DNA of 64,000 bases, from the NCBI GenBank assembly GCA_030390025.1, contig CM059432.1, positions 134,790,001 to 134,854,000 of the forward strand. Direction: 5' to 3'. Both the position numbers and the translations under genes were made by a program. Numbering within the stretch: position 1 is the stretch's first letter; every line of letters begins with the position of its first letter. Positions 36,994-49,303 of the stretch are shown here, in pieces. The stretch comes from Squalus acanthias. Taxonomy: Eukaryota. The notes under the pieces were generated by a model. That model was given only the letters and a program-made list of their open reading frames with translations, was not told the DNA's origin and ran no database searches.

Positions 36994-37241
36994 GTATCAC
37001 TAATTAGAATGTTAACATTTTCTATCAACATAATAGGTGATAAGTAAGTGGTAATTAGAGGCTGTATGTCTCGCTGTTGCTCACCCTTCATCTAACAAGT
37101 GTCACACATTGGAAAGCTAACGTTTTATAACCATTAATATAATAGCTGACAATTATGTAGTAATTAGAGGCAGTTTGCTTCAAAATTCAACTTTTTTTTT
37201 TGAAAGATGACCTCAAATGAGAACAATGCAAGATTACCACA

Positions 37242-37261
37242 CTCTCTCTCTCTCTCTCTCT
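37242..37261. repeat. (CT)n microsatellite
   Basis: Direct reading. Confidence 0.9.
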
Positions 37262-37714
37262 GCTTATTGCAGTTTCTGACATCTATAAATTACAAATGAA
37301 AACGACTATAGATGTGAAATCAGCAGCAGCTTTTCTCACACACAGATAACCCTTCTATTTAAAAAAAAGTCAGATAAACTTTACTTTTTTCTAATTTGTC
37401 CTCTAGCTTTTCTTCAAAATAATTTTGAAAATCAACTGATCAGAAACATATTCCAGCCAGTTAACTACCAAATGGTACTGATACATCCCAGGAACTTTTG
37501 AGTGCACTGCACACACTCAGACTGCACAATCTGAATTCAGCCAACTTTACAACCCTGGGCAAGAAATATCAGGTTTGCGCCCAGTCTTTTGGGAGGGGCT
37601 GTAACCTTCAAGTAAAAACTTTAATAGAAGGCACCAAAAGAAGTAAAATTAAATTTATCCATTGAAATGTATTATGTTATTATGAACCTGGTGAAGGTGC
37701 AAAAAAAAAAGTTA

Positions 37715-38155
37715 CATGAATGATACCAGAACGAACTATCAGGAAAGACTGAACAGACTGATGTGCTTTTCTCTCGAAAAAGAGAAGGCTAAGGGGTGAC
37801 CTGATAGAGGTCTTTAAGATTATGAAGGGGTTTGATAGGGTAGTCGTAGAGAAGATGTTTCCACTTGTGGGGGAGACCAAAACTAGGGGCCATAAGTCAC
37901 GAATAAATCCAATAAGGAATTCAGGAGAAACTTCTTTACCCAGAGTGTGGTTAGAATATGGAACTTGCTACCACATGGAATAGTTGAGGTAAATTGCATA
38001 GCTGCCTTTAAGGGGAAGCTAAATAAGTACATGAGGGAGAAAGGAATAGAAGGATATGTTAATCAGGTTCGATGAAGAGGGATGTGAGGAGGCTCGTGTG
38101 GAGCATAAAGACCATCTATTGGGCTGAATGACCTGTTTCTGTGCTGTAAATTCTA
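37715..38155 (+). mobile_element. CR1 3' end
   Basis: Encodes EKRRLRGDLIEVFKIMKGFDRV. Tail gggctgaatgacctgtttctgtgctgtaaattctat. Confidence 0.85.
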
Positions 38156-39052
38156 TTTTGTTTTAAAGTAATTTTTGGAGTTGTTTTTATATTTTGTTCA
38201 AATAATAACATTGGACAATAGAGATTTCAGTTACTGAGGAATAACTGGCAATTCTTATTTTTAGGAAAGCATTTCAAGTGATTTGTGGGGAAAAGATTGA
38301 TCAGAGTACCCTGCAGAACACGGATTGTGGTACGGCACCCCTATCACAGCCTCACCTAGTGGAATCAAAGCCAAGGGTTACAGAAATGTGGACATTTATA
38401 TGATGGGATGTCCCACAGGACAAGCTTTCAACAGAGTGCACAGACCTATGTACAAAATATATTATAGAGAGATCTGCAGACAGTACTTTTTCCCTGCGCT
38501 GTCAGGGTAAAGGAAATGCACAGAGAATGGATTAGAGTCATCAGAAGATGGGGCCTGTTGTTCTGGCTTCTGCTACACATGGTTCCCGCAGGTTATAAAC
38601 ATAACTTCCAGTTAAAACTTATTTCATTAGCTGCCATACTGGCTTAGTGGACAAATAGAGCGCAGGGCATGGAGGTAAGCCATGGAAACTAGAAGTTCTC
38701 CAATTCAGTTCCTGCTCTGTGCCAAATTACCTGCTGGATCCACCAGTAGTATGTATGAATTGAAGTTTAGACTATGCTTTTAGTTCAATAGAGAGGAAAA
38801 TCATGCGCTCTTCGATTCCATGATGAAATTAGCTTGCGGTTTTAAACTGCAAATCGATGCATTTGAGGCACATTTCAGTCTTGCCTGTTTTCCAGTGAGC
38901 TAATGGGTTTCCATTGTGTCTGTAAATGTATGCATTAAAATTGAGTTCTTAAAAAATATATTATTAAAGGATGTTTTGTCTCTCTCAAACACAAATCTGT
39001 TCCAGCCGTTTGGATCGTAAAAAACTTGCTGAGCTAACAATTACACATTAAT

Positions 39053-39487
39053 AAAGAAAGACTTGCATTTATATAGCGCCTTTCACAACCTCAGGACGTC
39101 CCAAAGCGCTTTACAGTCAATGAAGTACTTTTTGAAGTGTAGTTACTACAATAATGTAAGAAACATGATAGCCAATGTGCTCAAAGCAAGCTCCCACAAA
39201 CAGTAACGTGATAATGACCGTAGAATCTGTTTAAGTGATGTTGATTGAGGATAAATATTGGCCAGGACACTCCCCTGCTCTTCTCTGAATAGTGCCATGG
39301 GACAGACAGGGCCTCGGTTTAACGTCTCATTCGAAGGACAGCACCTCCGACAGTGCAGCACTCCCTCAGTACTGCACTGGAGTGTCAGCCTAGATTTTTG
39401 TGCTCACATCTCTGGACTGGGACCTGAACCCACGACCTTCTGACTCAGAGGAGTGCGCGCTACCCACTGAGCCACCGCTGATACCCC
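39053..39487 (-). mobile_element. Near full-length tRNA/Deu SINE (SacSINE1-like)
   Basis: Reverse complement: A box TGGCTCAGTGGG, B box GGTTCAGGTCC, Deu core, and L2-type tail ending aaatgcaagtctttcttt. Confidence 0.88.
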
Positions 39488-39849
39488 AAGTATAGCTAGC
39501 AGGTATCTGTTCCCTTACCCAAGTGTCTTGTCCACTAATGTTAATTGGAAATACGTAGCAAAAACTGTTTTCACGCTCTTCAATCCAAGACTATCAAACA
39601 GATGCACAATTTAAACCACAAGAGGCTTGTATTTTATTTGAATGAATTGACCCCTCTTCTTGGTCACAGCAGTCTAGGTTGTTCGATCGGCATTATTTTA
39701 ATACTGCCGTCAACTCATTCATTTGAAACTGGCTAACACCTATCAGAAAAAGTTTTGGTGCCAGTCTATCAAAAGAAGCTGCGTTCTTTTTTGAGCAAAC
39801 TTGGTTTTTAACCCCACGTGTACAGGGATAAAGAAAGAGGCCAATAGTT

Positions 39850-39970
39850 ACATAAAATGTACAGCACAGAAACAGGCCATTCGGCCCAACTGGTCCATGC
39901 CGGTGTTTATATGCTCCACGCGAGCCTCCTGTCACTCCTCTTCATCAAACCCCATCAGCAAACCCTTCTC
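39850..39970 (-). mobile_element. CR1 3' tail fragment
   Basis: cagcacagaaacaggccattcggcccaactggtccatgccggtgtttat, as at 32830. Confidence 0.75.
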
Positions 39971-40329
39971 TTCAATCTGTCCTCTCAGCGCCATGATCGC
40001 TGTATATTGGAGGCAGGAACAGGCTGCAATCCTTGTCCTTAATGATACACTATAGATAAAAGTGCTTCCTTTTGTCACAAGGAACTGGTTGAAAGATAGA
40101 AAATGAGGTTAGGATAGCAGAGAAAAATCAAGCATTTCTATAAATATATTTGCAGCAAGCAGGTGACCACAGAAACAACGAGGCCCCAGAAGGATCCCAA
40201 GGGTGTCCTGATAGGTAACAGAGAGGTGGCAAATCTACTGAACGAATTCTTCTTTCTATATACATGATCATGCGCAGTCTCCCCATCATGGAACTTGTAT
40301 TTCCAGAGGGAACAGAGGAAGTACTTAAA

Positions 40330-41012
40330 AAAAAAAAGATTTTTTTTTTAGATACGGCAATCACTATTAGGCTGAGGGAGTTAAGGTACCAGCCTCAAAT
40401 GGACTTCATACAAGAGTACTTAAAACAGCGAGCACAAACTTGCCAGTAGCTTTAGTTAATCATTAGAAATTCTAGTGCCTTTTCAAAAGTAGCTAATGTA
40501 ACACAGTACTGTATAAAGGGACACAGGGAATACCTGGAAAACTACAGGCCAATTAGCCTAACATCTGTTGTAGGTAAAGTGTTAGAAGGCATTCTGAAAG
40601 AGGGGATAATGAACACCCTGATACTATAGTACGGTAAGAGGGAGTGAGCATGTATTTAAGGGAGTGAAGTCCTGTCTAACAAATTTCCTAGAATTCTTCA
40701 GGGAAATGAACCTTGTTGTCAATGGAATTTCTGTGCGTGTGATATATTTAGATACCAGCTAAACTTTTGACACATGAGCAAATAATCCACAGTACAGGAC
40801 GCCATGGGATAGGAGAGAAGTTTATGAGGTGGATTATAAATAGGCTAAATCAGAGATAGCAAACAGTGCTTGTGAATGAAGCTGCATCAATAGGACACAG
40901 GATCACCAGCAGAGTGCCACAGGGATCAGTGCTGGGGACATCGCTGTTTAAAGTGCATATCAATGATTTGGACCGGGGGAAGAGGAACAGCTGTTTAAAT
41001 TTGCTGAGGAAG
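40330..41012 (+). mobile_element. Ancient CR1 RT fragment (5' part), interrupted
   Basis: Decayed PGNYRPISLTSVVGKVLE and RVPQGSVLGTSLFKVHINDLD motifs. Resumes at about 42085. Confidence 0.72.
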
Positions 41013-41029
41013 GGAACCAGCAAAACAAA

Positions 41030-42084
41030 TACATTAGGTTTAAAGGGGAAGTGGCTGCATGGACATGAAACTGGCTGAGAGACAGTACGCAGAGAGAAGT
41101 GGTGGCAACGGTTGTTTTTCAGACTTCGGGGGGGGTATATAGTGGGGTTCCCCAGGGGTCGGTATTAGGACCACTGCTCTCTTTGATATATATTAATGAC
41201 CTGGATGTGGGTATAGGGGGCACAATTTCAAAGTTTGCAGATGAGACAAAACTTGGAAGTATAGTAAACAGTAAAGATAGTTGGGGTCTTCAGGAGGACT
41301 TAGACTGGTGAAATGGGCAGAAACATGGCAGGTGAAATTTAACACAGAGAAGTGTGAAGTGATGCATTTTAGGAGGAAGAATGAGGAGAGGCAATATAAA
41401 CTAAACTGTACAGTTTTAAAGGGGGTGCAGGAACAGACTTGGTTGTGTACATACACAAATTTTTGAGAGCGGCCAGACAAGTTGATAAGGCTGTTGAAAA
41501 AGCATATGGGATCCTTGGCTTTATAAACAGAGACAGAGTACAAAAGCAAGAAAGTCATGCTAAACCTTTATGAATCACTGGTTAGACCTCAGCTGGAGTA
41601 TTGCGTCCAATTTTGGGCACCACACTTTAGGAAGAATGTCAAGGCCTTGGAGAGGGTTGCGGAGGAGATTGACCAGAATGATACCAGGGATGAGAGACTT
41701 CAGTTATGTGGAGAGACTGGAGAAGCTGGGATTGTCCCCCTAAGAGCAGAGAAGGTTAAGGGGAGATTTAATAGAGGTGTTCAAAATTATGAAGGGGTTT
41801 GATAGAGTAAATAAGGAGAAACTGTTTCCACCGGCTGGAGGGTCGGTAAACAGAGGACACAGATTCAAGATAATTGGTAAAAGAACCAGGGGGGGGAAAT
41901 GATCAGAATTTTTTTTTCACGCTGTGAGTTGCTGTGATCTGGAATGCACTGCCTGAAAGGGTGGTGGAAGCAGATTCAATTGTAACTTTCAATAGGGAAT
42001 TGGATATATACTTGAAAAGGAGACATTTGCAGGGCTTTGGGGAAAGAGCGGGGGGGAGTGGGACTAACTGGATAGCTCTTTCAA
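41030..42084 (+). mobile_element. CR1 3' fragment nested in the older CR1
   Basis: ORFs 41099, 41281 and 41557 (GVPQGSVLGPLL, KFADETKL, RPQLEYCVQFWAPH). Confidence 0.88.
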
Positions 42085-42672
42085 TTGCAAGGTAATGAGA
42101 CTAGAGAGGAAAATAAACAGTGCGAATATAAACTAAATAAGCTGTAGGCTACAAGACAACACAGGACAGGGTTCACTGGGTACTGATGGATAACTTACTG
42201 AAACCAAAAGCATAACTGTGTGCAGGAGCTCGGGGAAACAAACCAGGTTTGGGATGGATAACCAAGGAGATAGAGCACAAATCCCAGGAAATGGTATGGC
42301 CACACCTGGAGCACTCTGTATAATTCTGGTTGCCATACTATAGCAAGGATTTGGTGCAGAAATAAGGAACCAAACTGATATGCAGCTATGAGGAGAGAGT
42401 GAAGAGCCTGGGATTGTTTATTGCGGAGAAGTGAAGACTAAGGTGAAGAGATCATTCAAGATCGTTAAGGGAATACATAAAGTGAACGCCTATATTATGT
42501 ACAAGATTGCCACACACTCTACAATCAGGGTACATGGGCTCAAGCTTTGAAGGAAGGTGGTGCAAAGACAGCTTAGGTATAACTACTTAGAAGGTAGTGA
42601 ATGTGTGCAATGGACTGCCCGTGGACACAATGGAAAACTTTAAGGGAGAATTGGATAAATATCTGACGAAGT
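42085..42672 (+). mobile_element. Ancient CR1 continuation (C-terminal region)
   Basis: Decayed CKVM.., RPHLEH..FWLP and YEERVKSLGLF motifs. Confidence 0.68.
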
Positions 42673-42676
42673 GGAC

Positions 42677-45600
42677 AATAAGAACATAAGAAATAGGAGC
42701 AGGAATAGGCCGCTTGGCCCCTCGAGCCTGCTCCGCCATTCAATAAGATCATGGCTGATCTTGTGCTCAAAGCCACTTCCCAGCCCGCTCCCCATAACCC
42801 TTCACTCACTTATCTTGCAAAAATTTGTCTATCTCCACTTTAAATGTATTTAATGACCCAGCCTCCATAGCTCTCTGGGGCAGAGAATTCCACAAATTTA
42901 CGACCCTCTGAGAGAAGAAGTTCCTCCTCATCTCAGTTCTAAAAGGGCGACCCTTTATTCTGAACTGTGCCCCCGAGTTCCAGATTTCGCCATGAGGGGA
43001 AACATCCTCTCTGCATCTACCTTGTCGAGCCCCCTCAGTAGCTTATATGTTTCGATAAGATCACCTCCCATTCTTCTAAATTCCAATGATTATAGGCCCA
43101 GCCTGCTCAACCTTTCCTCATAAGTCAAACCCCTCATCTCAGGAATCAACCGTGTGAACCTTCTCTGAACTGCCTCCAATGCAGTATATCCTTCCTTAAT
43201 TAAGGAGACCAAAACTGTACGCAGTACTCAAGGTGTGGTCTCACCAATACCCTGTACAGTTGTAGCAGGACTTCCCTGCTTTTATACTCCAACCACCTTG
43301 CAATAAAGGCCAACATTCTATTTGCCTTTTTGATTACTTGCTGTACCTGCATGCTAACTTTTTGTGTTTCATGCACAAGGACCCCCAGGTCCCTCTGAAC
43401 TGTAGCATTTTGTAATCTCTCTCCATTTAAATAATAATTTGCTTTTTTATTTTTCCTGTCGAAGTGGATAACCTCGCACTTTCCCACATTAAACTCCATC
43501 TGCTAAATATTTGCCCACTCACTTTGCCTGTCTATATCCCTTTGCAGATTCTTTGAGGCCTCTGCACAACTTGCTTTCCCACCCATCTTTGTATCATCCG
43601 CAAACGTGGCTACATTACACTCGATCCCTTCATCCAAGTCATTAATGTAGATTGTAAATAGTTGGGGCCCCAGCACCGATCCTTGTGGCACCCCACTAAT
43701 TACCGTTTGCCAACCAGAAAATGACCCATTTATCCCGACTCTCTTTCTGTTAGTTAGCCAATTCTCTATCCATGCTAATATATTACCCCCAACTCCGTGA
43801 GCTCTTATCTTATGCAGTAACCTTTTATGTGGCACCTTATCGAATGCCTTCTGGAAATCCAAATACACCACATCCACTGGCTCACCCTTGTCCACCCTGC
43901 TTGTTCCATCCTCAAAGAACTCCAGCAAATTTGTTAAACATAATTTCCATTTCCTAAAACCATGCTGACACTGTTTGACTGCAGTATGTTTTTCTAAATG
44001 CCCTGCTACTGCTTCCTTAATGAAGGACTCCAGCATTTTCCCAACGACAGATGTTAGGCTAACTGGTCTACAGTTTCCTGCTTTCTGTCTCCCTCCTTTC
44101 TTAAATAGGGGTGTTACATTAGCGGTTTTCCAATCCGCTGGGACCTCTCCAGAGTCCAGGGAATTTTGGTATCTTGTAACCAATGCATCCACTATCTCTG
44201 CAGCCACTTCTTTTAAGACCCTGGGATGCAGGCCATCTGGTCCAGGGGACTTGTCGTCTTTTAGTCCCATTATTTTACCGAGTACCATTTCCTTAGTGAT
44301 AGTGATTGTCTTTAGTTCCCCACTCCCTGTGGCCCCTTGATTATCCATTATTGGGATGTTGTTAGTGTCTTCTACTGTGAAGACAGATGCAAAATATTTG
44401 TTCAGAGTCTCAAACATTTCCCTGTTCCCCATTATTAATTCCCCAGTCTCATCCTCTAAGGGACCAACGTTTACTTTAGCTACCCTCTTCCTTTTTATAT
44501 ACCTGTAGAAGCTCTTACTATCTGTTTTAATGTTTCTTGCCAGCTTACTCTCATAATTCATCTTCTCTCTCTTTATTATATTTTTAGTCATCCTTTGCTG
44601 ATTTTTAAAAATTTCCCAATCCTCTGGTCTCCCACCAATCTTGGCAACATTGTATGCCTTTGTTTTCAATTTGATACCATCCTTTACTTCCTTAGTTAGC
44701 CACGGGTGGTGCTCCCTTCTCTTAAAATCTTTCTTTCTCACTGGAATATATTTTTGTTGAGAGTTATGAAATGTCTCCTTAAATGTCCGCCACTGCATTT
44801 CAACTTTCTTACCCTTTAATTTCTTTTTCCAGTCCACTTTAGCCAGTTCTGCCCTCATGCCATTATAATTGCTTTTGTTTAAGATCAGGACACTGGTTTG
44901 GGATACAACTTTCTCAGCCTCCAACTGAATTTGAAATTCAACCATGCTATGATCACTCTTTCCTAGTGGATCCTTTACTACGAGATCATTTATTAATTCT
45001 GTCTCATTACATAGTACCAGATCCAAGATAGCCTGCTCCCTGGTTGGTTCCATTACATACTGTTCTAGGAAAACATCCCGGATACACTCTATGAACTCCT
45101 CCTCCAGGCTACCATGGCCAATTTGATTTGTCCAATCAATATGGAGATTAAAATCACCCATGATTATTACCGTACCTTTTTTACAGGCCTCCATTATTTG
45201 TTAATTTATACTCTGTCCAACAGTATTGCTACTGTTCGGGGGCCTGTAGACTACACCCACCAGAGACTTTTTCCCCTTATTATTTTTTATCTCCACCAAA
45301 CCGATTCTACATCTTGATCTTCTGAGCCAATATCACTTCTCACCACTGCACTGATCCCATCCTTTACCAACAAAGCCACCCCACCTCCCTTTCCTTTCTG
45401 TCTATCCTTCCGAATTATCATATACCCTGGAATATTCAGTTCCCAGCCCTGGTCGCCTTGCAACCACGTCTCTGTAATAGCGATCAGATCATACCCATTT
45501 GTATCTATTTGTGCCGTCAACTCATTTATCTTGTCATGAATGCTGCGTGCATTCAGATATAGAGCTTTTAACTTTGTCTTTTTACCATTTCTCCATGTTT

Positions 45601-45795
45601 TGGCCTTTTTTTCCCCTGTTGCACTCTTATTTTTAAACATTCTGTCCCTTCCTGTCACACTCTGGTTATTATTTCCCCCATCTCTAGCCTGCTCTATTGC
45701 TTTCTCATTGACTTTTTATTTTCCCGCTCACCTGGATCCTCCCCCCCACTATTTAGTTTAAAAGCCCTCTCTACAGCCCTAGTTATTCGATTTGA
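42677..45795 (-). mobile_element. Young CR1 LINE with nearly complete ORF2 (APE + RT), disabled
   Basis: ORFs 45287..45658, 43503..45194 (563 aa; QHGF, LDFQKAFD, PQGSVLGP, FADD) and 43200..43499. Frameshift near 45290 and premature stops. Tail acaataagaacataagaaatagg. Confidence 0.96.
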
Positions 45796-47034
45796 GAGGT
45801 CCTCAGTTTTTGAGACCGGCCAGATGAAATGCGTAGTTATTTCCAGTCCTGTACTTTCCTATGCTCCCCAATAGTACTTTATGGTCATCCATCGATAAAT
45901 GAGGCAGAATTCATTTGATCCTTCAGAGCTTAACTTGGTTATCCCAGCACTGGAAGTTATTCACCGCAAGGCTTCACGCAACTCTTCTCTCTGTTGTCCT
46001 GTCCTAAATAAAAATTCACACACAATTACTCAACTTCACACATCTATCAGTAAGCTACTGCGTTCCAATTTGGCCAACAGCTTTATTCACAAAGGACCTC
46101 AACAAAAACACCAGCTTTTTCATTTCTACAGACAAGTCGCTGCACTCCGTAACAAAGCTGATTTATCACAGTGCCAGCTCCAGCCAATGATCTATCTGAA
46201 GGCAAATTATAAATAAGGCTTTACTTATGTTGTTCAGAGACAGTGTTTCTGAAGCTGCAGTATACTAAATCTCTTCAAAGTAGTTCTGCGCTAGTTCAAA
46301 CAGGAAAAAAATACATACACAATTTGCAAACACTTTAGTGCTTCAAACAGAAGTACCTGAATAACTAGTGGAATACATTCAGGCTCACACTTCAACACAG
46401 GACTTTTGAAATACATTTGAAACTTTAGGAGGTGACCACCCAACATGAGTAACCAATTAGTCCGACTCATTACTGTGGCTTCCAGCTGCTGTATGTTGGT
46501 TTCGTAATGGCAGTGAGTATGGAGAATTTTAATTAGGATACTGGCTTTTTTCACGGGCAGAAGGGAAAAACATGCCCATAAACTCACTGCGTTTTTAAAT
46601 AGGAAGGACACATGATGAGACAAATGTGACGTTTGAATGAATAACTGGCTTGCATGACAAGAACACTGCAGGGGTAAATTCAAAGTACGAGATTATATTT
46701 GTTAGTTATCAGGCTCTCCACCAGGACCCGAAATCTATGAACTGTAAAGTTATAGTTTTTGCTTTCGAAAAACCATGACCCAACGATATGCAATGTAGAT
46801 TAGTAAAACTGGCCTGACAAACTTTTGCTAAAATGACAATCAACAGTAGTTTTAATATACCCAGGTGAAAGATTATTCCTGCTATTATAGACATTCTGCC
46901 TCTGTGTCCATTGAATCAAAATGTACAGTCTGAAGGGATGAATCCGTAATCCCCATTGGATCACGGATTGTAGCCCCGGTTCTCCAATCCATGCCCCCTG
47001 CAAGCGTAGCTTCCCACTGGGAGAATTGCATCAT

Positions 47035-47260
47035 AGATAGATGGATAGATTTATACTGCACAGAAAGAGGCCCTTCGGCCCATCGTGTCCGCGCCGGCCA
47101 TCAAGCCCTATCTATTCTAATCCCATTTTCCAGCACTTGGTCCGTAGCCTTGTATGCTATGGCGTTTCAAGTGCTCATCTAAATGCTTCTTGAATGTTGT
47201 GAGGGTTCCTGCCTCTACCACCCTTTCAGGCAGTGAGTTCCAGATTCCAACCACCCTCAG
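47035..47260 (-). mobile_element. CR1 3' tail (further subfamily)
   Basis: tgcacagaaagaggcccttcggcccatc...cctttcaggcagtgagttccagattccaaccaccctc. Confidence 0.75.
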
Positions 47261-48803
47261 TGCATCAAGCAAATACCTTCCAGGGAGTTAAAACGCAAGT
47301 CACCTGAACTCCCAAGACTGGATTAAGGTATTATATTCAATAGGGCACGGACGATGCGGCTCAAGTGGAAGATGAGGGACGACCCGAAGTGCGACCGAGT
47401 CTCAGACCACGGAACACATCACGTCAACCTGCCCACTAAGATCTGCTGCGCGAGGCACCTCATTTCTCCACTCGGCATCTCAGGAGGCCATCGAATGGGT
47501 ATCTAAACTTAGACATCCCATTAGAAGCTTTTCTCTCATACAAAAGTAGTAGTGGTATTCAACATCTGTTATGATGTGGAATCTATACACTGTAGTTGAC
47601 TTTGATTATGATTATTTGCCATACCACTGCAATGTCACAACTTCCCTTGTGTGCAGCATGACGACAACCTAAAGGAATATGACTTTTATCAAGTAGCATT
47701 TAATTTGTGACCTGGAATACTTCAGGCCATTTTTTGAAAGCTTCTAGGAAAATGCACCAGTGGGGAATCTCACCCACTGAGAGCACACATCAGAAATTCG
47801 GGCACAATCCACACGATTTTCCAACTGCTTAAATTAATTGTCATAACATTGTGCATGACCGAATTATCCAATATGCGCTCTAGGTGGGCGAGGCCTCCAA
47901 TCGTTAGTGAAGAATTATCCCAAAAAAGAGTTGCCTTTCTGCTTTGCATCTTCTTTATCTCTGTCCTACCCTATCAATGGGACCAAACCACTGGGTTTGC
48001 AAAACAAATCAAAGCATTAATCAAGTGTTTCTTCCAACAACAAAAAAATCACTTAACACTATTATGTCAAAAACTCCTTTATAAGTTATTTAAAAAATAA
48101 ATGTTAGGTAAAATCTTGGGTTAAAACGAGCAAAAACGATCAAAAAGTATTTCTGTAAGAAGAAACTTATACTGAAGCAAATTTTAAACTCCTCATTTCT
48201 TCAGAAGACAATTACTTTCTTCAGTATTCTGCATTTACACTGTTGCTTCAAGCTGTACACCGGGGTGGGTGTCCCATCAAATCTGTCCGGCCTACAGAGC
48301 CCTGGTTTTCCATCCCTCCTGCCAGGTCAAATAATTGGTCTGCTCCTGGAGTCATGCGAATTTAAAAGACAAAATCCAGACAGTGCGGTCAGCAGGAGTG
48401 CACTGGACGAACGTACTCACTCTCAATGGTGCTGTTCTTCTGCAGTCAGTACCTGCCTCAGGAATTGACAATACTGCAGATACTAGCCAAAGGCAAGCAG
48501 CCTTGCTGGAGGCAAGAGACATGTGCCAGCTCACTGTGCCCCTGCCCTAGGGCTCCAGCTGGGGCTGGGCTGGCCAACAGCTCTCCTTGGAGCAACTGAT
48601 GGGCCCAGGCTCACAAAGGCTGAGCCTGAGAATGTCAATACACCTACCTGCCTCCGCCCCTCCCCAACAGATCACACCCTCCAAAGGCGGCAACCAATCT
48701 ATAGACTCGAACATCAAGCCAACACATGGCAGAATGTCAAGAGACCGCGGGAGAGACACCGAGAGAGAGAGAAACCGAAAGGGAGGGAGAGAGGGGCGGA
48801 GAG

Positions 48804-49303
48804 NNNNNNNNNNNNNNNNNNNNNNNNNNNNNNNNNNNNNNNNNNNNNNNNNNNNNNNNNNNNNNNNNNNNNNNNNNNNNNNNNNNNNNNNNNNNNNNNN
48901 NNNNNNNNNNNNNNNNNNNNNNNNNNNNNNNNNNNNNNNNNNNNNNNNNNNNNNNNNNNNNNNNNNNNNNNNNNNNNNNNNNNNNNNNNNNNNNNNNNNN
49001 NNNNNNNNNNNNNNNNNNNNNNNNNNNNNNNNNNNNNNNNNNNNNNNNNNNNNNNNNNNNNNNNNNNNNNNNNNNNNNNNNNNNNNNNNNNNNNNNNNNN
49101 NNNNNNNNNNNNNNNNNNNNNNNNNNNNNNNNNNNNNNNNNNNNNNNNNNNNNNNNNNNNNNNNNNNNNNNNNNNNNNNNNNNNNNNNNNNNNNNNNNNN
49201 NNNNNNNNNNNNNNNNNNNNNNNNNNNNNNNNNNNNNNNNNNNNNNNNNNNNNNNNNNNNNNNNNNNNNNNNNNNNNNNNNNNNNNNNNNNNNNNNNNNN
49301 NNN
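48804..49303. other. Assembly gap (exactly 500 N)
   Basis: Run of N. The round length suggests a placeholder gap. Confidence 0.99.

Noticed and set aside
39420..39487. tRNA gene
   Set aside because: The A and B boxes continue into a SINE body and no complete cloverleaf is evident. Called as a SINE head.
45800..46004. Acceptor-like ttttatttag on the minus strand, as a possible CTDP1 exon
   Set aside because: All three frames hit stop codons within about 45 nt and none resembles CTDP1.
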